Of a stretch of 47,943 nucleotides of DNA, positions 19,308-26,026 are shown in pieces. Numbering within the stretch: the first letter of the stretch is position 1; each line of letters begins with the position of its first letter. The stretch is from the NCBI GenBank assembly GCA_020724945.1, contig DYFX01000001.1, positions 1 to 47,943 on the forward strand, given 5' to 3'. Source of the stretch: Candidatus Paceibacter sp. GTDB taxonomy: Bacteria > Patescibacteriota > Patescibacteriia > SG8-24 > DYFX01. A program made the translations under genes and the position numbers. The notes under the pieces were generated by a model. It was not told where the DNA came from and made no database searches. It saw nothing but the letters and a program-made list of their open reading frames with translations.

Positions 19308-19347
19308 TCGTGCACCTCGTCCGCATCATTCGTAATCCTATCGTCAT

Positions 19348-19869
19348 ATGTCCACCTTCATCGGTCAAAAGGCCCCCGAGTTCAAGCTCGAAGGCGTCTC
19401 GCATGAGACCTTCGAGTGGCACGCGCTCGCCGACTACCGCGGCAAGTGGGTCGTGCTGTTCTTCTACCCGCGCGACTTCACCTTCATCTGCCCGACCGAG
19501 ATCACCGGCTTCTCCAAGGCGGACGACGCCTTCAAGAAGCTGAACGCGCAGGTCCTGGGCGTCTCCACCGACTCCAAGCACTCGCACAAGGCTTGGCTCA
19601 AGGAGCTCGGCGCCCTCAAGTACCCGCTCCTCGCCGACACGACGCACAAGGTCGCTGCCGCCTACGGCGCGCTCATCGAGGAAGAAGGCGAAGCCATCCG
19701 CGCCACCTTCATCATCGATCCTGAAGGCACCGTGAAATACGCCCTCTACCACGCCGACAATGTCGGCCGCTCCGTCAAAGAGACCCTCCGCGTCCTGGAA
19801 GCCCTCCAGACCGGCGAAAAGTGCCCCATGGAGTGGAACCCGGGAGAGCAGACATTGGGGAAGCCCTAA
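19348..19869 (+). CDS. ahpC: Typical 2-Cys peroxiredoxin (AhpC/Prx1 type)
   Basis: FFYPRDFTFICPTE holds the peroxidatic Cys and the C-terminal GEKCPMEW holds the resolving Cys. Confidence 0.92.
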   Translation: MSTFIGQKAPEFKLEGVSHETFEWHALADYRGKWVVLFFYPRDFTFICPTEITGFSKADDAFKKLNAQVLGVSTDSKHSHKAWLKELGALKYPLLADTTHKVAAAYGALIEEEGEAIRATFIIDPEGTVKYALYHADNVGRSVKETLRVLEALQTGEKCPMEWNPGEQTLGKP

Positions 19870-19962
19870 ACCCTTTTGCTGCGCGGCTTATCGCGCCCTG
19901 ACAGGGCCAAGACCTACAACTACCCGTCATCCCCGCGCAGGCGGCGATCCAGAAACGAAAAG

Positions 19963-19990
19963 AAAAAGACGGCGTGAGCCGTCTTTTTTT
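19963..19990. terminator. Bidirectional intrinsic terminator (prx from the left, pepA/Cys-rich gene from the right)
   Basis: AAAAAGACGGC-GTGA-GCCGTCTTTTTTT. Confidence 0.65.
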
Positions 19991-20001
19991 AATTGCAAAA
20001 A

Positions 20002-20343
20002 CTACATCGTCAGGTTCCTTATGACCCCCGCTAAAACCAAACCCGCAATCATTATGCCGGGGTAGAAAAGGCGCGTAAGATGCTCGCTCCGACAAATTGA
20101 ACAGCGGTACGAATCGACATCAAGCAAACTCCATCGCTCTTCGGTTTGCGCACAGCCGATGCATTTCTCGTACAGCGGAAACTTGGTGCCAGTAGTTGCA
20201 CATTTTGGACAAGAAGATTCCGCATGGTATTCCATTCGCCCAATAAAGGCGTCCGGATTGTCCCAGGCTTCTGCTTCATGCGTAGTACCCCAGTAAGAAA
20301 AGCACTCGCTACATCCGTAGTAAGCTTTGGACGAGACGATCAT
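20002..20343 (-). CDS. Tail-anchored four-CxxC zinc-ribbon protein (113 aa) in a low-GC islet
   Basis: CSEC, CPKC, CIGC and CSIC motifs plus a C-terminal TM helix LFYPGIMIAGLVLAGVI. GAGGAA lies 8 nt upstream of ATG 20343. Confidence 0.55.
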   Translation of the reverse strand: MIVSSKAYYGCSECFSYWGTTHEAEAWDNPDAFIGRMEYHAESSCPKCATTGTKFPLYEKCIGCAQTEERWSLLDVDSYRCSICRSEHLTRLFYPGIMIAGLVLAGVIRNLTM

Positions 20344-20345
20344 AG

Positions 20346-21839
20346 TTACAATTTCCTCAAAAACTCCAACAACAGTCTCGCCCCATGCCCTGACGCGCCC
20401 CAAGGCCGCTCGTCCTGGTAGTCCTTCTCGTTATACGACGGCCCGGCGATGTCGAGGTGGGCCCAGCTCGGGGTTTCGCCGATGAATTCTTTCAGGAAGA
20501 GCCCGGCGGTGATGGTGCCGGCGCCGCCTTTGCTGCCGATGTTCTTGAGGTCGGCGTGGCGGCTCTTTACCTGCTCCGCATACGGAGCGTAGAGCGGCAG
20601 GCGCCAGAGCGGTTCGCCGGAGGCGGCGGAAGCCTGTTCGAGGCGCGCGGCGAGCTTGTCGTCGTCGGTGAGCATGCCGGTGATGTCCTGTCCGAGCGCG
20701 ACGATGCAGGCGCCGGTCAGGGTCGCGAGGTCGATCATCATGTCGGGCTTCTGCTGGGATCCGTAGAAGAGCGTGTCGGCCAGGGTCACGCGGCCTTCGG
20801 CGTCGGTGTTCAGGATTTCGATGGTCTTGCCGGACATCGTCTTCACGATGTCACCGGGGCGGATGGCGGTGCCGGAGGGCATGTTCTCGACCATGGCGCA
20901 GATGCCGTGGACCTCGACGGGGAGCTTCAGGACCGTGAGCGCGCGGAAGACGGCCAGCACGGCCGCGGCGCCCGCCATGTCGATCTTCATGTCCATCATC
21001 CCGTCGGCGGGCTTGAGCGAAAGGCCGCCCGAATCGAAGGTGACGCCCTTGCCGACCAGCACGACGCGCTTCTTCGCCTTCGCGGCCGGCTTATAGGTGA
21101 GGTGGATCATCTTCGGCTCGTGCGCGGAACCCTGCGCCACCGCCAAGATGCCGCCGCAGCCCATCTGCAGGAGCTCCTTGCGGCCGAAGATCTTGATGCT
21201 CATCCGCTTCTGCCCGACGGCCAAGGCCAGCGCCTCCTGCACGAAAGTGGCCGGATGCATCTCGAGCGCCGGCGTATTCACCAGGTTCCGGGCGTAGGCG
21301 GACGCGCCCGCGAAGGCCTGCGCGTCGGCCACGCACTTCTCGAAGAACTTGGCGTTGATCGAGAGCGCCGTGAGCAAGGCGACCTCTTCGAGAGGCTTCA
21401 GCTTCTTGTCCTCCTTGTAGCGGTCATAGCGGTACGCCCCGAGGATGAGGCCCTCCGCGGCGGCCTGGATGGCGTCGCCCACCTTGGGGCTGGCCTTCTC
21501 GAACGGCAGCCAGAGCGCGAGCGTCTTGGCCTTCGATGCGCCCGCCAGCTTCGCCGCGCGCGCCGTGGCGCTGCGGAGGCGCTTCAGGTCGAATCCCTTG
21601 CGGTCGCCGAGCCCGAGCAGGGCCAGCTTCCGATACGGGAGCTTGTCGTGCGTATGGATGGAGAGCGTCGCTCCCTCCTTCGCCTTGAACTCATCCTCGC
21701 GCACATGCACGGAAAGATGTCCGCCCAGCGCCGCATCGAGCTTCGAGACCGGCGTGATTTCGGAACCCTCGAACACGCCGACGATGAGGAGATCGGCCTT
21801 GGCTTCTTGCGGAAGCGTCGTGGAGCGGAGGATGCGCAT
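20346..21839 (-). CDS. pepA: Leucyl aminopeptidase (M17)
   Basis: NTDAEGR and VGKGVTFDSGG motifs. The start is ATG 21839 (MRILRSTTLPQ). Confidence 0.92.
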   Translation of the reverse strand: MRILRSTTLPQEAKADLLIVGVFEGSEITPVSKLDAALGGHLSVHVREDEFKAKEGATLSIHTHDKLPYRKLALLGLGDRKGFDLKRLRSATARAAKLAGASKAKTLALWLPFEKASPKVGDAIQAAAEGLILGAYRYDRYKEDKKLKPLEEVALLTALSINAKFFEKCVADAQAFAGASAYARNLVNTPALEMHPATFVQEALALAVGQKRMSIKIFGRKELLQMGCGGILAVAQGSAHEPKMIHLTYKPAAKAKKRVVLVGKGVTFDSGGLSLKPADGMMDMKIDMAGAAAVLAVFRALTVLKLPVEVHGICAMVENMPSGTAIRPGDIVKTMSGKTIEILNTDAEGRVTLADTLFYGSQQKPDMMIDLATLTGACIVALGQDITGMLTDDDKLAARLEQASAASGEPLWRLPLYAPYAEQVKSRHADLKNIGSKGGAGTITAGLFLKEFIGETPSWAHLDIAGPSYNEKDYQDERPWGASGHGARLLLEFLRKL

Positions 21840-21901
21840 AGTGGGTCCACCATAAAGCCGACCAAAGAAACGGTCAATCGACCACCTCGTCATCCTCTGT
21901 A

Positions 21902-21967
21902 GTAGCTACAGGGCTTGCCCTGCCCCGTCGTACGGGCGCGAACCGGCAAGGCAAGCCTTGCGGCTAC
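21902..21967. repeat. Family B palindromic repeat, copy 3
   Basis: GTAGCTACAGGGCTTGCCCTGCCCCG - 16 nt - CGGCAAGGCAAGCCTTGCGGCTAC. The right arm contains the ogt stop codon. Confidence 0.85.
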
Positions 21968-22263
21968 ACTGCCCCCTCTTTCTTCAACAGCGCCAGCTTC
22001 TTCGCTGGCCCTCCGAACGCATACTCCCCCACCCTGCCATCCGCCCGCACCACGCGATGGCACGGCACGCGCTTCGTGTCCGTGTTCCTGCTCATGATGG
22101 TTCCGACGGCTCTGGCCGCTCCGGGGCGTCCGGCGGCCTTGGCGACCTCGCCGTAGGTGCGCGTCTCTCCGCGCGGAATCTGCGAGACGACGCGATAGAC
22201 CGCGCGCGCGAACGGCGTGTCAGGCTCCGAGCGCTTTGAGGTCTTGGAGGACTTCTTCGGCAT
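21964..22263 (-). CDS. ogt: Methylated-DNA--protein-cysteine methyltransferase (DNA-binding/active-site domain only)
   Basis: PCHRVV active site. A start at ATG 22263 (or 22287) overlaps the 3' end of bcp by at least 44 nt. Confidence 0.8.
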   Translation of the reverse strand: MPKKSSKTSKRSEPDTPFARAVYRVVSQIPRGETRTYGEVAKAAGRPGAARAVGTIMSRNTDTKRVPCHRVVRADGRVGEYAFGGPAKKLALLKKEGAV

Positions 22264-22690
22264 GGTCTTTCGGTTTGACGCCTTCATAGATCTTGGCGAT
22301 CTTCCCTTGCGGGTCGATGAGATACGAGTTGCGGAGGATACCCATGTATTCGCGGCCCATGAACTTCTTCTTGGCCCAGACGCCGTAGGCGCCGAGCATC
22401 TCCTTCTTCTCGTCGGAGAGGAGCGTGAACGGCAGCTCGTACTTCTCGGCGAACTTGGCGTGCTTCTTCACGGGGTCGGCGCTCACACCGAGCACGACCG
22501 CTTTCATCTTCTTGAATTTCGGGAAGTTGTCGCGGAGCGTGCAGGCTTCGACCGTGCAGCCCGGCGTGTCGTCCTTGGGATAGAAATACAGCAGGACCCA
22601 CCGGCCGAGGTAGTCCTTCAGGTCGTGTTCCTTCCCGGCCTGGTCCGGCAGGCGGAATCCAGGGGCCTTTTGTCCGATTTTCAGCGGCAT
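22220..22690 (-). CDS. bcp: Thioredoxin-dependent peroxiredoxin Bcp/PrxQ
   Basis: YFYPKDDTPGCTVEAC motif. The start is ATG 22690 (MPLKIGQKAPGF). Confidence 0.9.
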   Translation of the reverse strand: MPLKIGQKAPGFRLPDQAGKEHDLKDYLGRWVLLYFYPKDDTPGCTVEACTLRDNFPKFKKMKAVVLGVSADPVKKHAKFAEKYELPFTLLSDEKKEMLGAYGVWAKKKFMGREYMGILRNSYLIDPQGKIAKIYEGVKPKDHAEEVLQDLKALGA

Positions 22691-22734
22691 GACGGTGGCT
22701 TTACTTGGAAACACGCCGAGTATATCATAGCTCC

Positions 22735-23073
22735 ATGTCAGACACCCCTTTGATCGGACAAGTCTGCGTCTCGTGCCGCCCCGGCATGCCGACGCTCACG
22801 AAGGACGAGATCGCCGAGTACATGCCGCAGACGCCCGGCTGGGCGCTCTCGGACGACGGCAAGTGGATCCGCCGCGACTTCAAGTTCAAGGACTACATGG
22901 AAGGGATCGACTTCCTGAACAAGGTGAGCGCCATCGCCGAAGCCGAAGGTCATCACCCCGACTACCGCGGCGGCTGGGGTAAGCTCACGCTCGAGCTCAC
23001 GACCCACGCCATCCACGGCCTCTCGAAGAACGACTTCATCCTCGCCGCAAAGATCAACGCCCTGCTCGATTGA
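22735..23073 (+). CDS. phhB: Pterin-4a-carbinolamine dehydratase (PCD/DCoH)
   Basis: EAEGHHPD signature. The start is ATG 22735 (MSDTPL). Confidence 0.85.
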   Translation: MSDTPLIGQVCVSCRPGMPTLTKDEIAEYMPQTPGWALSDDGKWIRRDFKFKDYMEGIDFLNKVSAIAEAEGHHPDYRGGWGKLTLELTTHAIHGLSKNDFILAAKINALLD

Positions 23074-23087
23074 GCAAGGCGTTTTTT
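23061..23087 (+). terminator. Intrinsic terminator of pcd
   Basis: CCTGCTC-GATT-GAGCAAGG (one bulge) followed by CGTTTTTT, overlapping the stop codon. Confidence 0.45.
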
Positions 23088-23093
23088 CTTCGT

Positions 23094-23127
23094 GTACCGA
23101 TTTGCGTCACCTGACGCATTTTCGTAC
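23094..23127 (+). repeat. Family C 34-nt repeat, copy 1
   Basis: GTACCGATTTGCGTCACCTGACGCATTTTCGTAC is 31/34 identical to 24407..24440. Confidence 0.8.
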
Positions 23128-23146
23128 GCGCCTGTTTCCGCGCGGA

Positions 23147-24334
23147 TCAGCGGCTGACCTGGAAGATGAAGGTCTTCAGGTAGTTGGATTCCGGGAAGTA
23201 GACGGACTGCGGGTGATCGGCGCTCTGGCGCACGACGGCGAGCAGGTCGAGGGTGATGCCGGCCTGCACGGAAGCGCGGCGGAGCGTGTAGGCCAGGTCG
23301 TCTTCCGTCAGGAAGTGCGAGCAGCTCGAGGTGGCGAAGATGCCGCCGTCCTTCACGAGGCGCATCGCGGCGCGGTTCAGGAAGTGGTACGCCTTGCGGC
23401 CGCTCTCGGCGTCCTTCATCGCCTTGATGAGGGCCGGAGGATCCATCACGACCATGTCGCGGTCGCCGTCCTTCTGCTCGCCGAGCCACTGGAAGATGTC
23501 GGCGGATTCCGTCGTGAAAGCCGCGGCCTTGATCTTGTGGAGCTTGGCATGTTTCTCGCAAAGCGCCAGCGCGTCCTCGGAGGCATCCATGTTGTGAACC
23601 GAAAGCGCGCCGCCCTTCATCATCGCCACGCCGGCCGCGCCGGAGTACGAGAAGAGGCTCAAGACCTTGCGGTCGTCGGCGAACTTCGCGAGCATGGCGC
23701 GGGCGTCCTTCTGATCCAGGAAGAAACCGGTCTTCTGTCCCGTCTTCACGGCAGCCAGGAACTTCAGGCCGTTCTCCTTGAACTCCACGAGGTCGTCGGC
23801 CTCGCCCTTGTGCACCGCGACGACATCCTCGAGCAGTTCCTCCTCGCGGACGGAGAGGTCGCTGCGTTCGACGATGTTCTCCGGAGCGAGGACCTCTTCG
23901 ATGGCGGCGATGACATCCAGGCGGAAACGGTCCATGCCGGTCGTGGAGAGCTGGAAGACGACGGTATCCTCGTAGCGATCGACCACGAGGCCCGGAAGGC
24001 GGTCCGCCTCGCCGAAGGCGACGCGGTAGCCGGTCGTGTGGGTGCCGGGGCCGTACCCCATCGCCAGTCGGCGGTCGTTCGCTTCCTTCAGGCGCGCCGT
24101 GATCCAGGCGCGGTCGATGGTCGCCTCGCCGAAGGCGAAGGCGCGCACCGCGATGGAGCTGCGGGCGGAATAGGTGCCGGTCGCGAGGATCTTGCCGTGC
24201 TTGTCGGCCACGCGGACGACATTGCCGTGCTCGGCGTCGTCAGGCGCCTTCTCGATGGCGCCGGAGAAGATCCAGGGGTGCCGGAAGGCGACATTCGCCT
24301 CCTTGCCGGGCTTGAGGGTGAGGGTGGGAATCAT
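23147..24334 (-). CDS. rlmI: RlmI-like class I SAM-dependent rRNA methyltransferase (PUA-like N-terminus)
   Basis: 395 aa with the N-terminus MIPTLTLKPGKEANVAFRHPWIFSGAI (like RlmI), VVMDPPA and a SAM-binding fold. The ORF-track extension upstream crosses repeat C2. Confidence 0.8.
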   Translation of the reverse strand: MIPTLTLKPGKEANVAFRHPWIFSGAIEKAPDDAEHGNVVRVADKHGKILATGTYSARSSIAVRAFAFGEATIDRAWITARLKEANDRRLAMGYGPGTHTTGYRVAFGEADRLPGLVVDRYEDTVVFQLSTTGMDRFRLDVIAAIEEVLAPENIVERSDLSVREEELLEDVVAVHKGEADDLVEFKENGLKFLAAVKTGQKTGFFLDQKDARAMLAKFADDRKVLSLFSYSGAAGVAMMKGGALSVHNMDASEDALALCEKHAKLHKIKAAAFTTESADIFQWLGEQKDGDRDMVVMDPPALIKAMKDAESGRKAYHFLNRAAMRLVKDGGIFATSSCSHFLTEDDLAYTLRRASVQAGITLDLLAVVRQSADHPQSVYFPESNYLKTFIFQVSR

Positions 24335-24406
24335 AGCGCGCGATAGCGTAACAGGATTTCGCGGAAAAGAAAAGGTTCGGCCGCCACGGACGAGAAAAAC
24401 CCTCAT

Positions 24407-24440
24407 GTACCGTTTTGCGTCAGCTGACGCATTTCCGTAC
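24407..24440 (+). repeat. Family C 34-nt repeat, copy 2
   Basis: GTACCGTTTTGCGTCAGCTGACGCATTTCCGTAC has a 16-bp perfect palindromic core, TGCGTCAGCTGACGCA. It lies 73-106 nt upstream of the rlmI ATG. Confidence 0.8.
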
Positions 24441-24502
24441 ACGGGTCCGGAAATGAAAAAGCCTCCTCTCGCGTGGACCCCGGCCGCCGCGGGGTGATGC
24501 GA

Positions 24503-24535
24503 CAAAAAAGAAAGGCTCAACCGAGAGGTTGAGCC
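24503..24535 (-). terminator. Strong intrinsic terminator of the small-peptide gene
   Basis: The minus strand reads GGCTCAACC-TCTC-GGTTGAGCC followed by TTTCTTTTTT. The TGA stop is inside the stem. Confidence 0.7.
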
Positions 24536-24660
24536 GAGCTGAGGGCCTTGGTGGCCAGATCGAGGAGCGCCAGAAGCGCTTCCTCCAGCCGCTGCCCGAG
24601 TTCGGGCAGGAAGGCCTTGAGCACAAGGAGCGTCAGGACGAGGAGGAAGACCTGCCGCAT
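24517..24660 (-). CDS. Candidate 47-aa small membrane peptide
   Basis: MRQVFLLVLTLLVLKAFLPELGQRLEEALLALLDLATKALSSAQPLG. GGAG lies 6 nt upstream, with a consensus-like promoter and a strong terminator. It is below the size cutoff of the ORF track. Confidence 0.4.
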   Translation of the reverse strand: MRQVFLLVLTLLVLKAFLPELGQRLEEALLALLDLATKALSSAQPLG

Positions 24661-24752
24661 ACTCCGAGGGTTAGACCCCGAGGGCGGCTTAAGTTTCCTC
24701 CTCGGGCGCCCGACTCCGCAGCGCGGAGACGGATGTCCGAGGAGGACATACC

Positions 24753-24781
24753 TTTATATGCCATTTTCCGAGTTTTGTCAA
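24753..24781 (-). promoter_or_regulatory. Near-consensus sigma70 promoter
   Basis: The minus strand reads TTGACA - 17 nt - TATAAA, about 85 nt upstream of ATG 24660. Confidence 0.55.
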
Positions 24782-24801
24782 GCTCCCATCCGTCATCATA
24801 T

Positions 24802-24861
24802 GTAGCCGCAAGGCTTGCCTTGCCGATACGGAAGACGCGGCGGGGCAAGCCCCGCAGCTAC
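24802..24861. repeat. Family B palindromic repeat, copy 4
   Basis: GTAGCCGCAAGGCTTGCCTTGCC - 17 nt - GGGGCAAGCCCCGCAGCTAC. Confidence 0.85.
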
Positions 24862-24888
24862 GCGGGATGACGAAATCGCGGCGACAAG

Positions 24889-24914
24889 AAAAAACGCCCG
24901 TCTAGAGACGGGCG
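24889..24914 (-). terminator. Intrinsic terminator of hom
   Basis: The minus strand reads CGCCCGTC-TCTA-GACGGGCG followed by TTTTTT. The stop codon is in the loop. Confidence 0.7.
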
Positions 24915-25930
24915 ATCGAGCGGAGGATGTCGCCGAAGACGGCGGTGGCGGTGACCGCGGCGCCGGCGCCCGGCCCCTGGATCACGATGGGGTGCGCGCC
25001 GTTCCGCTCCGTCTCGATGACGAAGCGGTTCTCGGCGCCTTCGAGCGGCGAACGGGCGGCATCCCGCTCGCGCAGGCCGCCGCGCACGACGCTCGATCCG
25101 GAGACGGTCGGTTCGATCTCGACCGCGTACTCGGCGGAGCGGTAGTGCGCCCACGCCTCCGGCCAGTCGGCGACGCCCGCCACCTTCTCAACGAAGTCCT
25201 TGCCGAACAGGTTCGCGGCGTCGGACGAGATGACCGGCGCGATGGCGTCCTCGCGCAGCCACGAGCAGCCGCACAAGCTCGCCAGGATCTTCGTCTTGCG
25301 GATCACATCCTTGCAGAGCAGGTCCTCGCGCGGGTCCGGTTCGGTCAGGCCGAGGTCGCGGGCTTCCGCGAGCGCCTTGCCGAACGGGACGCGCTTGGCG
25401 TGGGCCTCGCACAGGAAGTTCAGCGTGCCGGAGAGCGTCGCCGTGAGGCGCACGATGCGGTCGCCGGTCTCGACCAGCTCGCGGAGCGTGCGGACGACGG
25501 GCAATCCCCCGCCGACCGTCGCCTCGAACCAATAGGCCCGGTGCGAGCGGAGATCCGTCGCGTCCGTCAGGCGGCAGAAGGTCGGCCGGTCCGTATCGAG
25601 CGGGCGCTTGTTGGCCGTCACGACGGTGAATCCCGACTCGACGAGCGACAGGTGCAGGGCCAGCGTCCGCGCGTCGGAGACATCGACGACGACGGGCTCG
25701 CGCCCGCGACGGCGCAGCGCGTGCGCCAGTTCGACGACGGGCAGCCACGCGTCCGACGATGTGCGCCGGTCGGCGCTGCCGTCCGCGCGGTCGATCCGGT
25801 CGCTCGTGACCTCCGCCTCCAGGACGAACTTCAGGTCCGTTCCGGGGCGGTCATGGTACGCGCGGAGGTGCCGTTTGAGGGCGCCTCCGACGCGTCCGCG
25901 CCCGATCAGGATCAGGTCGATCTCTCGCAT
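24902..25930 (-). CDS. hom: Homoserine dehydrogenase (ThrA-type HDH domain, no ACT domain)
   Basis: ATVGGGLPV, SGTLNF, EPDPREDL..DV.RK..ILA and QGPGAGAAVTA motifs. GAGGAGG lies upstream of the ATG. Confidence 0.85.
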   Translation of the reverse strand: MREIDLILIGRGRVGGALKRHLRAYHDRPGTDLKFVLEAEVTSDRIDRADGSADRRTSSDAWLPVVELAHALRRRGREPVVVDVSDARTLALHLSLVESGFTVVTANKRPLDTDRPTFCRLTDATDLRSHRAYWFEATVGGGLPVVRTLRELVETGDRIVRLTATLSGTLNFLCEAHAKRVPFGKALAEARDLGLTEPDPREDLLCKDVIRKTKILASLCGCSWLREDAIAPVISSDAANLFGKDFVEKVAGVADWPEAWAHYRSAEYAVEIEPTVSGSSVVRGGLRERDAARSPLEGAENRFVIETERNGAHPIVIQGPGAGAAVTATAVFGDILRSIARL

Positions 25931-25995
25931 GCGTAACCTCCTCGCGGTTGGACCGCCGAGGCGTTCTTACCATGACGGCGGCGTTTCGTGAAGTC

Positions 25996-26018
25996 AAAAC
26001 CGCCCTTGCGGGCGGTTT
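25996..26018 (-). terminator. Intrinsic terminator after the DUF4349 gene
   Basis: The minus strand reads ACCGCCC-GCAA-GGGCGGT followed by TTT. Confidence 0.5.
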
Positions 26019-26026
26019 CGCGGCGA

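Noticed and set aside
19926-19952. GTCATCCCCGCGCAGGCGGCGATCCAG, resembling the start of family A and the widespread 'VIPAKAGIQ'-type repeat.
   Set aside because: It is a single partial copy without the remaining modules or an inverted partner, so I cannot call it a repeat from this window.
23094-24440. The rlmI gene as an integron cassette or other mobile cassette bounded by family C repeats.
   Set aside because: There is no integrase and no attC-like R/L core sites (GTTRRRY). GC content is the same as the flanks, and rlmI is a housekeeping-type gene. I kept it only as a low-probability alternative in the finding.
4994-24861. Whether the repeated palindromes could be a degenerate CRISPR array or several arrays.
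   Set aside because: The copies are kilobases apart, each isolated in a different intergenic spacer. There is no regular repeat-spacer periodicity and no cas genes. They are REP/MITE-like instead.
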